The notes below the pieces were generated by a model, which saw nothing but the letters and a program-made list of their open reading frames with translations, was not told where the DNA came from and made no database searches. Below, in pieces: positions 18,895 to 28,964 of a stretch of DNA of 37,820 nt. Both the position numbers and the translations under genes were made by a program. Positions within the stretch are counted from its first letter, which is position 1; the number at the start of each line of letters is the position of its first letter. The DNA is from a virus (taxonomy: Duplodnaviria; Heunggongvirae; Uroviricota; Caudoviricetes). The DNA lies in the IMG/VR virus record IMGVR_UViG_3300014927_000119; one strand, 5' to 3'.

Positions 18895-19403
18895 CAGATT
18901 TGACTCACGATGCAGCGCGGCTTGTCCTGGATACGCGCCACCGCCCAGCGCATATCCCGCCACAGCTCATCAATGGTGCTGTCAATGCTGTCGGCCTTCT
19001 TGTCGCCTTTCGCACTGGCATCCACGCCGCGATAACGCTCATAAAGCGATGCGGTCGCCATCGCACACACGGCGCGCTCGTAGTAAAAAACTTTGATGCT
19101 TTCACCGTCGATGTCGTCCGCCGGGACGTCCGCCAGACGCGTAAAACCGGCAGCAATTTTCTGTTCGCGGTACTCGTACAGCTCCGCATTCGTCTCCGCC
19201 ATGCCTGACTTGATGGCCTCACGCAGACGGGCGGGGGCGACGGTCTGCTCAAGGCGCATACGTTCCCGGACGCGCTTCGGGTCGATATCGGGAAAAAAGA
19301 ACGTGTTTTTAATCACCGGCTCGTCGCCTGCCGGTTGCGGGATGACCACCGTACCCTCACCGGACACGGGAGCCTCCTTTCGCGGAATAATCAGCGTCAT
19401 CAT
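18894..19403 (-). CDS. L: Head completion protein L
   Basis: 169 aa from the MMTLIIPRKEAP... start; P2 gpL length. Confidence 0.88.
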   Translation of the reverse strand: MMTLIIPRKEAPVSGEGTVVIPQPAGDEPVIKNTFFFPDIDPKRVRERMRLEQTVAPARLREAIKSGMAETNAELYEYREQKIAAGFTRLADVPADDIDGESIKVFYYERAVCAMATASLYERYRGVDASAKGDKKADSIDSTIDELWRDMRWAVARIQDKPRCIVSQI

Positions 19404-19502
19404 GACTACCTCTGAAAAGTCGGGCGGTGGACGCCGGTGCAGTGTCAGGTGATTCACCCTCACTGACCGGCGTGCCGCCCTGGCGCGGGGCGCATTCGGT
19501 TG

Positions 19503-20246
19503 TTAACTGGCTTTCTTTTTCGGGCGTCCACGTTTTGCCGGTGTCGCACTCCGGGTCTTACGCGGGGCGCGGGTGGCCGCTTTTGGCTGTGGCTCCGGCT
19601 TCGGTTTCAGTTCCCGCTCCAGTCGTTCAATCTCTTTTTTGACGCCTGCCTGACAGTCGAGCTGTGTCGCACGTTGCAGGTGCGCCAGCGCACCTGCGGC
19701 ATCACCAGCGTCACGCAGAAACAGACCGGTGATTTTGTGCAGCTTTGCGCGCACTTCATCAGGCATGTCAGCCGTGGCGGTCAGTTCAAGGGTCTCCGTC
19801 AGCAGGCGGGTATCCACAGACTCACCGGCAGCGTGAGCGCGCATGGCCGCGAGCGCCACCTCCTCGGTGAACATGTACGGCGGGGTGCGTCGGTGTTTAC
19901 CCGGCATGGTCAGACCGTACTTCAGGGCATAACGGGCAATCTCCAGCGCACCGGCAATATCGCCGGTATCCAGACGCCACAGCATGACCGTCATCAGAAT
20001 GTCATCCTGTGCACCTTTGCCCTGGTCCAGCACGCCGTTCACCCACGGCAACCAGAACGGCAGCAGTTCGCGTTTTTTCGCGGCCTTCAGCTCTTTTGAA
20101 TAAATCGCTTTCAGTGTGCGCTGGTCTGCGGCCAGCTTGACCAGCATCTGCTCATAGACAGTTGCATGTCGCAGCGGGGCGGCTTCCCGCTGCGCGGTCA
20201 TCGCTGCCGAGACCCGCATCATGTGGCGCTGTGCGGGACTCGTCAT
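19503..20246 (-). CDS. M: Terminase small (endonuclease) subunit M
   Basis: 247 aa, P2 gpM length; basic C-terminal tail. Confidence 0.9.
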   Translation of the reverse strand: MTSPAQRHMMRVSAAMTAQREAAPLRHATVYEQMLVKLAADQRTLKAIYSKELKAAKKRELLPFWLPWVNGVLDQGKGAQDDILMTVMLWRLDTGDIAGALEIARYALKYGLTMPGKHRRTPPYMFTEEVALAAMRAHAAGESVDTRLLTETLELTATADMPDEVRAKLHKITGLFLRDAGDAAGALAHLQRATQLDCQAGVKKEIERLERELKPKPEPQPKAATRAPRKTRSATPAKRGRPKKKAS

Positions 20247-20249
20247 CGG

Positions 20250-21323
20250 TTACGCTCCCGGCTCTGCGGTCGCTTTAGCCGGTGTGGAGAAATCACCGAC
20301 CTTGATTTTTTCCACCAGACAACCGGCGGCGTAGTCTTCCACCACGTAATCAATGTTCATTGACTCGTAGTTCTCCACGCGGTCGAGTTTCGGGTTTTCC
20401 TCAATCACGCGGCGATGGCTGTCATCCATGTAGTAGATGGACAGGTTTTCCAGCTTCGTGATGAGCATCGCATCCGCCGGGAAGTACGGGACGCGTACCG
20501 CCGGCAGGTTACCGATGCGTTTCTGGCTGATGATGACGTCAGCGGCCAGCATCTCGCTGTTATCCTGCTCCTTGTTGACGATAGGGAAATACTTGTCCGC
20601 CAGTAGCTGACGCCCCACAATCACCACAAGGTCAGGGTCTTCCTGATACCAAGGTTCAATCAGGTTGTTGGTCGCATCCATCACCAGTGCATCGAGGCTT
20701 ACATAATCACCGCCCTTACCCACGCGGATGACCTCAGAGGTGGTGCGGCCTTCCTCGTCAGTGACCTTGCTCATCACGCGCGCCGGGGCTTCATTGCGGT
20801 ATTTCTGCAGCCAGCCGACCGCCACATCCTGCAGCATCGGATTGCTGCTGCGGTCAGAGGTTTCGGCACGCTTCACGCCGTTAAAACCGGCCATGATGAA
20901 ATCAAGGGACTGGCGTTTGATAATGGCGTTACGGATACGGAGCTGGAAATCCTGATAACGCGCCCACAGGTCCAGCGTTTTGTAGCGGATATAAAAATCG
21001 AAGTTAATCTGGTCGCATTCGTACTTGTTTGACGCCAGCTTCGAGAAGTCCTTCGGCTGACGCTCGGTGCCACCGGCGGTGTCGGTGGTGCTGGCGATGG
21101 AGCCGGTGACACCGATGCCAATTTTTTCCCCTTTCATTTCGCTGACCGGCACAATATTGATGCGGGTCAGAAAGTCAGAGGACTCCTGCATGGTGTTCAT
21201 CAGGGTCTGGGTGACCGACGGTTCAACGGTGAATTTTTTCGACACATCACCGGCGTCGATGCCGTTCAGCTCGGCAACACGGGACAGGTAGGCATTAAAT
21301 TTAAAGCGGGTTTCCTGGCGCAT
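20250..21323 (-). CDS. N: Major capsid protein N
   Basis: 357 aa, P2 gpN length and position. Confidence 0.92.
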   Translation of the reverse strand: MRQETRFKFNAYLSRVAELNGIDAGDVSKKFTVEPSVTQTLMNTMQESSDFLTRINIVPVSEMKGEKIGIGVTGSIASTTDTAGGTERQPKDFSKLASNKYECDQINFDFYIRYKTLDLWARYQDFQLRIRNAIIKRQSLDFIMAGFNGVKRAETSDRSSNPMLQDVAVGWLQKYRNEAPARVMSKVTDEEGRTTSEVIRVGKGGDYVSLDALVMDATNNLIEPWYQEDPDLVVIVGRQLLADKYFPIVNKEQDNSEMLAADVIISQKRIGNLPAVRVPYFPADAMLITKLENLSIYYMDDSHRRVIEENPKLDRVENYESMNIDYVVEDYAAGCLVEKIKVGDFSTPAKATAEPGA

Positions 21324-21381
21324 AGTTTTTCCTGAAATTAAGGGTTAATCGTGAAGGTTTTCCCGGACTGACTGACGCCGG

Positions 21382-22236
21382 TCAGCAGTTCGTCATCAGG
21401 GCGTCACCGCCACCACCGGTGGCCTTGCTGCGGCGCTGCTGGGTCAGACTTTCGGTGTGGTCGAGACTGTTTTTCAGGCGGGTGAATGCCTGACTGGTTT
21501 CATCCGCCCTGTCAGTCACATCCTGCTTAAGTGCGGAAAAGGCGGTTTCCATCTCAGCGAGTCGCTGCTCAGTGGCGCTCAGCTTTTCCTGCACATGTTC
21601 AGCAACAGCGGTCACCGCTTCATGCACGTCATTCAGACGGGCGTCATCGCTGGCCTGTTTGCGGCCAAAAATGGATTTCACCTTTTCGGTCAGGGCGGTG
21701 AACACGGTTTCAGGCAGGTCTTCAAATTCCAGCTCAACAGGCGTTGCCACTGAAATCAGGTTTTCAGGGCTTAATTTGAAGCGGTTCAGGGGGTTGTGTT
21801 TTGCCGTGCGGCAGAATTCCAGGTATTCCGTGCCGAGGCTTGCCGGGTCATCGGTGACGGCCAGCCCCACCAGATAACATTTGCCGGTGTTGGCAAAGTT
21901 CGGCTGAATTTCCATTGAGGTATAGACCTTCTGCGCGGCCTTGTTCATCGCGATAAGGTCATCGGTCGGGGTGATTTTCGCAAACAGCGCCCATTTGCCT
22001 TTCAGCGCCGAATCATCGTCAATCTTTTCGGCCTTCAGTTCGGCCACATCGCCATAACGTTTAAAAATGCCGTCAGGCAGGATGCCGCGCAGATGTTCCA
22101 GGTTAATACGGCAACCATAGACTCGCGGGTCAAAGGTTTCGGCCATTTCCTGAATATCCTGCGCACTGATGACACGCCCGTCACAGGTGTCACCCTCAAC
22201 GCCGATACGAAAGAATTTTGAGACTTTTTTTGCCAT
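21382..22236 (-). CDS. O: Capsid scaffolding protein O
   Basis: 284 aa from the internal ATG (MAKKVSKFFRIGVEGDTCDGR...); P2 gpO is 284 aa. Confidence 0.88.
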   Translation of the reverse strand: MAKKVSKFFRIGVEGDTCDGRVISAQDIQEMAETFDPRVYGCRINLEHLRGILPDGIFKRYGDVAELKAEKIDDDSALKGKWALFAKITPTDDLIAMNKAAQKVYTSMEIQPNFANTGKCYLVGLAVTDDPASLGTEYLEFCRTAKHNPLNRFKLSPENLISVATPVELEFEDLPETVFTALTEKVKSIFGRKQASDDARLNDVHEAVTAVAEHVQEKLSATEQRLAEMETAFSALKQDVTDRADETSQAFTRLKNSLDHTESLTQQRRSKATGGGGDALMTNC

Positions 22237-22409
22237 TGTCAGGAGTCCTGAATAGTGATTAGAGGAGTCACATGTCGGCATCAGTTTCCCGACGATGCGC
22301 ATCCTCCGCCATCAGTCCCGGATGGCTTATCACTGACACAACAGCACCTTAGCGAATCGCGGGGCGCGACTCAGTAGCCTTGCCGTGTATTCATCACGGC
22401 GAGGTATTC

Positions 22410-24182
22410 ATGACCATCACCACAGACACCACTCTTTTACACGACCCGCGTCGTCAGGCGGCGCTGCTGTACTGGCAGGGGTTTTCCGTGCCGCAGATTG
22501 CCGCCATGTTGCAGATGAAACGCCCGACGGTGCAGAGCTGGAAACAGCGCGACGGCTGGGACAGCGTTGCCCCCATCAGCCGTGTCGAAATGAGCCTGGA
22601 AGCGCGGCTGACCCAGCTCATCATCAAACCGCAGAAAACCGGCGGTGACTTCAAGGAAATTGACCTGCTGGGACGCCAGATTGAACGACTGGCACGGGTA
22701 AACCGCTACAGCCAGACCGGCAACGAGGCAGACCTTAATCCGAACGTCGCTAACCGCAACAAAGGCGGGCGTCGCAAACCGAAAAAGAATTTTTTCAGTG
22801 ACGAAGCCATCGAAAAGCTGGAGCAGATTTTCTTTGAGCAGTCTTTCGACTATCAGTTGCACTGGTATCGCGCCGGGCTTGAGCACCGCATCCGCGATAT
22901 CCTGAAATCCCGCCAGATTGGCGCGACGTTTTATTTTTCCCGCGAGGCACTGCTGCGCGCCCTGAAAACCGGTCATAACCAGATTTTTCTGTCGGCCAGT
23001 AAAACGCAGGCGTATGTGTTCCGCGAATACATCATCGCCTTTGCCCGTCTGGTGGACGTTGACCTTACCGGTGACCCGATTGTCCTGGGCAATAACGGCG
23101 CAAAACTGATTTTTCTCGGCACCAACTCCAACACCGCGCAGAGCCATAACGGCGACCTGTACGTCGATGAGATTTTCTGGATCCCGAATTTTCAGGTACT
23201 GCGTAAGGTGGCATCAGGTATGGCCTCACAGAGTCACCTGCGCTCGACCTATTTCTCCACCCCGTCCACGCTGGCGCACGACGCCTACCCGTTCTGGTCA
23301 GGTGAACTGTTCAACCGGGGACGTGCCAGCGCCGCCGAACGTGTGGAAATCGACGTCAGTCATAACGCCCTTGCCAGCGGGCTTCTCTGTGCGGACGGCC
23401 AGTGGCGGCAGATTGTCACCATTGAGGACGCCCTGAAAGGCGGCTGCACACTGTTCGACATTGAGCAGCTCAAACGTGAAAACAGCGCCGACGATTTTAA
23501 AAACCTGTTCATGTGTGAATTTGTTGACGACAAGGCGTCGGTGTTCCCGTTCGAGGAGCTGCAACGCTGCATGGTCGACACGCTGGAAGAATGGGAAGAC
23601 TATGCGCCGTTTGCCGCCAATCCGTTCGGCTCACGTCCGGTATGGATTGGTTACGACCCGTCACACCGTGGCGACAGCGCCGGATGCGTGGTGCTGGCAC
23701 CGCCGGTGGTGGCCGGTGGCAAATTCAGAATACTTGAGCGTCACCAGTGGAAAGGCATGGACTTTGCCACCCAGGCGGAATCCATCCGCAAACTCACCGA
23801 AAAATACAACGTCGAATACATCGGTATTGATGCCACCGGCCTTGGTGTCGGCGTGTTCCAGCTCGTGCGCTCGTTCTATCCCGCCGCGCGCGATATCCGC
23901 TACACGCCGGAAATGAAAACCGCAATGGTGCTCAAGGCCAAAGACGTTATCCGCCGTGGCTGTCTGGAATATGACGTCAGTGCCACCGACATCACCAGCT
24001 CGTTTATGGCTATCCGCAAGACCATGACCAGCAGCGGACGCAGCGCCACCTATGAGGCCAGCCGCAGCGAGGAAGCCAGCCACGCCGACCTCGCCTGGGC
24101 GACCATGCACGCTCTGTTAAATGAGCCACTCACCGCCGGTATCAGCACCCCGCTGACATCCACCATTCTGGAGTTTTACTGA
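22410..24182 (+). CDS. P: Terminase large (ATPase) subunit P
   Basis: 590 aa from ATG 22410 (GAGG 5 nt upstream); P2 gpP is 590 aa; transcribed divergently from O. Confidence 0.9.
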   Translation: MTITTDTTLLHDPRRQAALLYWQGFSVPQIAAMLQMKRPTVQSWKQRDGWDSVAPISRVEMSLEARLTQLIIKPQKTGGDFKEIDLLGRQIERLARVNRYSQTGNEADLNPNVANRNKGGRRKPKKNFFSDEAIEKLEQIFFEQSFDYQLHWYRAGLEHRIRDILKSRQIGATFYFSREALLRALKTGHNQIFLSASKTQAYVFREYIIAFARLVDVDLTGDPIVLGNNGAKLIFLGTNSNTAQSHNGDLYVDEIFWIPNFQVLRKVASGMASQSHLRSTYFSTPSTLAHDAYPFWSGELFNRGRASAAERVEIDVSHNALASGLLCADGQWRQIVTIEDALKGGCTLFDIEQLKRENSADDFKNLFMCEFVDDKASVFPFEELQRCMVDTLEEWEDYAPFAANPFGSRPVWIGYDPSHRGDSAGCVVLAPPVVAGGKFRILERHQWKGMDFATQAESIRKLTEKYNVEYIGIDATGLGVGVFQLVRSFYPAARDIRYTPEMKTAMVLKAKDVIRRGCLEYDVSATDITSSFMAIRKTMTSSGRSATYEASRSEEASHADLAWATMHALLNEPLTAGISTPLTSTILEFY

Positions 24183-25216
24183 TGAGCAAGAAAAAAGGGA
24201 AAACACCGCAACCTGCGGCAAAAACAATGACCGCCAGCGCCCCGAAAATGGAGGCATTCACCTTTGGCGAGCCGGTGCCGGTACTCGACCGCCGTGACAT
24301 TCTGGATTACGTCGAATGCATCAGTAACGGCAGATGGTATGAGCCGCCGGTCAGCTTTACCGGTCTGGCAAAAAGTCTGCGTGCTGCCGTGCATCACAGC
24401 TCACCGATTTACGTCAAACGTAATATTCTGGCTTCAACGTTTATCCCGCACCCGTGGCTTTCCCAGCAGGATTTCAGCCGCTTTGTGCTGGATTTTCTGG
24501 TGTTCGGTAATGCGTTTCTGGAAAAGCGTTACAGCACCACCGGTAAGGTCATCAGACTGGAAACCTCACCGGCAAAATATACCCGCCGTGGCGTGGAGGA
24601 GGATGTTTACTGGTGGGTGCCGTCCTTCAACGAACCGACAGCCTTCACGCCCGGTTCCGTGTTTCACCTGCTGGAGCCGGATATTAATCAGGAGCTGTAC
24701 GGCCTGCCGGAATATCTCAGCGCCCTTAACTCTGCCTGGCTGAATGAGTCGGCCACGCTGTTCCGCCGCAAGTATTACGAAAACGGCGCACATGCCGGAT
24801 ACATCATGTACGTTACCGATGCCGTGCAGGATCGCAACGATATCGAAATGCTTCGCGAAAACATGGTGAAGTCGAAAGGCCGCAACAACTTTAAAAACCT
24901 GTTTCTCTATGCCCCGCAGGGGAAAGCCGACGGCATTAAAATTATCCCGCTCAGTGAAGTGGCGACGAAGGACGATTTTTTTAATATCAAAAAAGCCAGC
25001 GCCGCTGACCTGCTGGATGCGCACCGCATCCCCTTTCAGTTGATGGGCGGCAAGCCGGAAAACGTCGGGTCTCTGGGTGATATTGAGAAAGTGGCAAAGG
25101 TCTTTGTCCGCAATGAACTTATCCCGCTACAGGACAGGATTCGGGAAATAAACGGCTGGCTCGGTCAGGAGGTCATCCGCTTTAAAAACTACTCACTGGA
25201 CACTGACAACGGCTGA
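24182..25216 (+). CDS. Q: Portal protein Q
   Basis: 344 aa, P2 gpQ length; start overlaps the P stop. Confidence 0.92.
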   Translation: MSKKKGKTPQPAAKTMTASAPKMEAFTFGEPVPVLDRRDILDYVECISNGRWYEPPVSFTGLAKSLRAAVHHSSPIYVKRNILASTFIPHPWLSQQDFSRFVLDFLVFGNAFLEKRYSTTGKVIRLETSPAKYTRRGVEEDVYWWVPSFNEPTAFTPGSVFHLLEPDINQELYGLPEYLSALNSAWLNESATLFRRKYYENGAHAGYIMYVTDAVQDRNDIEMLRENMVKSKGRNNFKNLFLYAPQGKADGIKIIPLSEVATKDDFFNIKKASAADLLDAHRIPFQLMGGKPENVGSLGDIEKVAKVFVRNELIPLQDRIREINGWLGQEVIRFKNYSLDTDNG

Positions 25217-25220
25217 ACAT

Positions 25221-25243
25221 CGCCGCCTGCGGGCGGCTTTTTT
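25221..25243 (+). terminator. Rho-independent terminator after Q
   Basis: Stem GCCGCC/GGCGGC (25222-25227 / 25232-25237), loop TGCG, then TTTTTT (25238-25243). Confidence 0.75.
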
Positions 25244-25385
25244 ACACCCCGTCATCACGCCCTCACACGCTCATCACCGCACAAAAAATCCCGCAGACAC
25301 ACCAACGCCCCAGCAGGCCAAGTAAACGCCTTCACGACGCGCTCAGACGCTGAAAAAATAAAATCAGCACCACCGCCAGCGCGCA

Positions 25386-25404
25386 GTGCTTTCCCCGCCT
25401 CGCC
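25386..25404. other. cos site (19-nt cohesive-end sequence, P2 type)
   Basis: GTGCTTTCCCCGCCTCGCC is the reverse complement of the P2 cohesive end GGCGAGGCGGGGAAAGCAC as I recall it; lies next to Q as in P2. Confidence 0.8.
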
Positions 25405-25527
25405 CGCCCGCTTCATGGGTCGGTTTTAATGCAGGTGCATGACATGATTTCTCCGCGCCGACACTGGCACGGAGCACTCTTAACAGATAAACAATAATCA
25501 TGCATTCTAATGCAGCAACATAAAAGT

Positions 25528-27549
25528 TTATAATTTCCTCAACAATTTCCCATTGTTCTTATCAAAGGATATCATTGTATAGTCATACCCTTCTAATGCC
25601 TCTTTTAAGACATTTTCATCTTCTGATGTAGCAAAAATGATCTGCCCTTGTCCTTTTGTTGTTTCTGCAGCATCTTTAAGTAACTCGGCAAAACTTACTT
25701 TATTTGCTTCTTGTTGACGAGGCTCATCAAACACAATCAATCCAGGGTGATTTGTTTGAAATTTAGAACCAACAACAAATAAACTTATTAAATAACCCCA
25801 AATGATTCTTATTCCATCACTAGCTGATGTGTCAAAACCTATATCATATCCTTCCCTAGTAGGTAAGTAATTATCTTCTGATATTGACACAAGTTTAGAA
25901 TCAAAACTTGTAAAATTATATTTTTCTAATCGTGCAACGACTTCTTTATTAAGAAATTTTAACTTATCGGCATCATTACGCGACAAGAAATTATCTGGCA
26001 ATCCTTTTCTTTTCGCGATAAGCTTTTTATATCTACGGTGTAATGAATCCAACTCCAGTCTAATGTCCAATATACTTTTAATGCCATCGTTAATGGCATT
26101 AATTTTATTCTCAATGTTTATTTTACGTCTCAGAAACTCCTCCTGAACAACCATTGAGGGATATTTTGACTCCCTTAATGCATTAATATCAACTCTAATC
26201 TTGGCTATTTCCCCCTCTAAATCACTCCTCTCAACATCTTTAAGCTTTAATTGCTTTTCACTATCCGACAGAACAAACTCAAATGCTTTTACTTGCTCTT
26301 TAATAAAGTTCAAACTATCTTCATATGTCATCAGATTTTCTTGCGATGAAAAACTTAGCAAATTATCATTATAACTTGCACCACAAGTCGGACAAATATT
26401 TGACATTAAATCTGTTGACTTATACGCATCCGAAGATGATATTTTCTTTAAATCTTCATACTTCCTTTTATCTTCCAACAGATTATACAATCTGTTTTTG
26501 GTCGCCTGAATTTGATATTGAATATAACTTCTATGCTCACAAATCTCTTTAATCTTTAATTCCAGAGAGTTAATTTCATCATTTTTTTGACCTAATAACT
26601 TAACCACTGATAATTGTAAAGTTTGTTCTTCTTGCTCACCAAGAGTGTCAAACTTAATTTCTTGCAACTCTTTTTCCAGTTCATTACGAACATCAACAAT
26701 AGATCTAACGACACTACCATTTTTAATAATCAAATCTATCTTATAATGATCAAATTTTGCCACTGGTTGTTCAGGAATCCCTGTGACAACTGACGACAAT
26801 TTAGAAGCAATAACTTCTGCATTGTGTTTAATTAACTTCCAATCATGATAAATAATATCAAGTTCATTTCTTAACGAACTACGCAATAAAATATTATCAT
26901 TAACATCAAGAGACATTAAAAATTCTAGAGCTCTTTTCTTTGGCTCTTTAATTCCAAATTGTGTTGGTACAGTCGCCATAATTGACGACCATCCTTTTTT
27001 TTGCTCAACATACCATGCAGGGAAAAGTACGGATGGATAAAGAATAGTGTCCTTCCCATTATGGTTTGGAACATTTGGCAAACTCCAACCTATAAAATCA
27101 GCTAACCACTTATAGAAACCACGTTCCCTTTCAGTATCGCCCTCTCTATGTAAAAAATAAGTACCACTCTTACTTTTTACATTATTCTTCTCATCTATAT
27201 AAATAACATTATTATTATCGTGACCGATAATATTCCTTTTCAAAGATGCTTCTATTCCCTTATGATTCTTTATTTTTAGCAAAACATAAGATGATATTAC
27301 ACTAACTTCAACATTATCTTTTGTCGTTAGTGCTCTAGTCAAAGATGGAGGGAATGGGATTTTTCCAGAACCGACACCTAATGCCTTTTCCATCCCAAGT
27401 GCATATGCAATCCCATTCATGCAAGTTGATTTACCATGAGAATTCTCAACTCTTAATAAAAACAAGCCATTTGAAAAAGGTATACTAACACCATAACGCC
27501 CATCCGAAGTATTTGCTACTAACTCCAATGAAATAATTTCCAACGACAT
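25528..27549 (-). CDS. SMC/Rad50/SbcC-like ABC ATPase with a long coiled-coil insert and central CxxC hook-like motif (LmuB-like?)
   Basis: 673 aa; N-terminal SMC_N-like LFLLRVENSHGKSTCMNGIAYALG (Walker A GKST at nt 27424-27435); roughly residues 290-540 are heptad-rich in K/E/L with CPTCG at residues 386-390 (nt 26380-26394); C-terminal Walker B LIVFDEP (D at nt 25726-25728). Last gene of a 3-gene operon. Confidence 0.75.
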   Translation of the reverse strand: MSLEIISLELVANTSDGRYGVSIPFSNGLFLLRVENSHGKSTCMNGIAYALGMEKALGVGSGKIPFPPSLTRALTTKDNVEVSVISSYVLLKIKNHKGIEASLKRNIIGHDNNNVIYIDEKNNVKSKSGTYFLHREGDTERERGFYKWLADFIGWSLPNVPNHNGKDTILYPSVLFPAWYVEQKKGWSSIMATVPTQFGIKEPKKRALEFLMSLDVNDNILLRSSLRNELDIIYHDWKLIKHNAEVIASKLSSVVTGIPEQPVAKFDHYKIDLIIKNGSVVRSIVDVRNELEKELQEIKFDTLGEQEEQTLQLSVVKLLGQKNDEINSLELKIKEICEHRSYIQYQIQATKNRLYNLLEDKRKYEDLKKISSSDAYKSTDLMSNICPTCGASYNDNLLSFSSQENLMTYEDSLNFIKEQVKAFEFVLSDSEKQLKLKDVERSDLEGEIAKIRVDINALRESKYPSMVVQEEFLRRKINIENKINAINDGIKSILDIRLELDSLHRRYKKLIAKRKGLPDNFLSRNDADKLKFLNKEVVARLEKYNFTSFDSKLVSISEDNYLPTREGYDIGFDTSASDGIRIIWGYLISLFVVGSKFQTNHPGLIVFDEPRQQEANKVSFAELLKDAAETTKGQGQIIFATSEDENVLKEALEGYDYTMISFDKNNGKLLRKL

Positions 27550-27550
27550 A

Positions 27551-28027
27551 TTAACCCACCTGAAATATTTTATTAATGTTAGTTTCGGACAGTCCAGCCT
27601 TATGTTTATTTAGCACCAACCTTTCTTCTTTGAACACATCAAGAGAAAGCAATTTCTCAGCGACCTTAAGCCCCTTTTCATTTATTTTGAACGCTCGTTC
27701 ATTTCTCAAAATAAAATCCTCTGCTAATAATAGCTGTATTGCTCTATCTAAAGTTGGATCCAATCTTACTTCAGGCTTTAAACCTTCTTTGTTTAAAAGC
27801 CAGAATTCAAACATTGCTTCATTATTCTCTGACTTTAACATCCAATTAATTAAATGAAGTTTTTTTAAAGAACAGCAACCAGCTCTCCCTGTGACAAGGA
27901 ATATTATCAGCAACAAACTGCAACGCCACAATGGTCTCATATCACATGGCAAATGTTCAGGTCGTTTATTAAACGTAAACGGCCTTCCTATTATTTCATC
28001 TATCGTTATATGCATTTGCTTTTCCAT
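27551..28027 (-). CDS. Small partner protein of the 3-gene operon (158 aa; possible kleisin/LmuC-like adaptor)
   Basis: ORF separated by 1 nt from both neighbours (stop at 27551-27553, ATPase ATG at 27549); AT-rich; no motif I can recognise. Confidence 0.55.
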   Translation of the reverse strand: MEKQMHITIDEIIGRPFTFNKRPEHLPCDMRPLWRCSLLLIIFLVTGRAGCCSLKKLHLINWMLKSENNEAMFEFWLLNKEGLKPEVRLDPTLDRAIQLLLAEDFILRNERAFKINEKGLKVAEKLLSLDVFKEERLVLNKHKAGLSETNINKIFQVG

Positions 28028-28028
28028 T

Positions 28029-28949
28029 CTAAAAATCTAAAGGGCATCTTATAAGCCAATCAGAAATAACTCCCCATGTTATCTTATCCAAGTCAGCCTG
28101 TTTAAGCGTACTAACTTCCTCTTCAATACATTTCTTTAACAAAGCGATTTCATCTTTCATTATATCTGATGGTTTCGCATCTGATGAAGTAAGAAGAAAG
28201 AGACCTACCAAATTACGTTCTCTATGTTGAACACAGTTATAGATAATTTCATAGATATCAACCCAGTCTCTCTTCAAAGCATCCAGCAAGTTTTGATAAT
28301 CAAGATATTTTTGTATTAAAAACTCTCTATATAAACCCTGCCTAGATACATCATCATTTATCTTAGGTAATTTTAAATTTAGCTTATCTAAAAAAGATGT
28401 ATTTTCACTAATAAAGTTAGCAGCATTCTCAGCCGTCGCATCATTTATATTAAAGCTTAATTGATAGTTATTTTTGCGAAGAAAGAACGCTTCTTCTATA
28501 TAATTTCGATCTGTTTGCACAACTATTTGAAAATCATCAGCAACGTAAGAAATCCCTAACTCTCTTACTTTTAATGATTTTTTTGTGCAATATTGACTTA
28601 ATTTCGCCGATTTATTATATGGTGTAGCTAATATCCAGCGGCTAATTTTTAATGTGCCAAAAAGCTCCTCTAATTCTTTAATGTTATCCTGAGAAAACTT
28701 TTTTATATCAGTATAAATCTTTTTTTGTTGCGCTTTATAAAGCTTATCAATATCACTCGACTGCTCAGGCAAGTAACACTGAAAAACATGACCACTCAGA
28801 GTGTAACACTCCAGCCCAAAGTCGCCTCCATGCTCATCTGGCAAGTCACAACAGTTAGCAGGCTTATAATGTAGCCAAACAATATTTTTGAAATATGATT
28901 CCCACGCTTTTGGGTCACTATAAGGATCGTTATACATCGCCAAGCCCAT
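28029..28949 (-). CDS. First gene of the 3-gene operon (306 aa; candidate effector/sensor, LmuA-like?)
   Basis: ORF ending 1 nt before the next gene; AT-rich; acidic/Cys-containing N-terminal segment CCDLPDEHGGDFGLECY; function not assignable from sequence alone. Confidence 0.55.
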   Translation of the reverse strand: MGLAMYNDPYSDPKAWESYFKNIVWLHYKPANCCDLPDEHGGDFGLECYTLSGHVFQCYLPEQSSDIDKLYKAQQKKIYTDIKKFSQDNIKELEELFGTLKISRWILATPYNKSAKLSQYCTKKSLKVRELGISYVADDFQIVVQTDRNYIEEAFFLRKNNYQLSFNINDATAENAANFISENTSFLDKLNLKLPKINDDVSRQGLYREFLIQKYLDYQNLLDALKRDWVDIYEIIYNCVQHRERNLVGLFLLTSSDAKPSDIMKDEIALLKKCIEEEVSTLKQADLDKITWGVISDWLIRCPLDF

Positions 28950-28964
28950 AAATCAATTTTTTGT

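Noticed and set aside
22437-23147. 236-aa minus-strand ORF inside terminase P (also 23661-24110)
   Set aside because: Fully antisense to the well-supported 590-aa P gene; no independent start signal.
25528-27549. Possibility that the 673-aa ATPase is the P2 Old exclusion nuclease
   Set aside because: Old-family proteins pair the ATPase with a C-terminal TOPRIM nuclease domain. Here the C-terminus is the Walker B half of an SMC-like head, with a long coiled coil and CxxC hook between the two halves.
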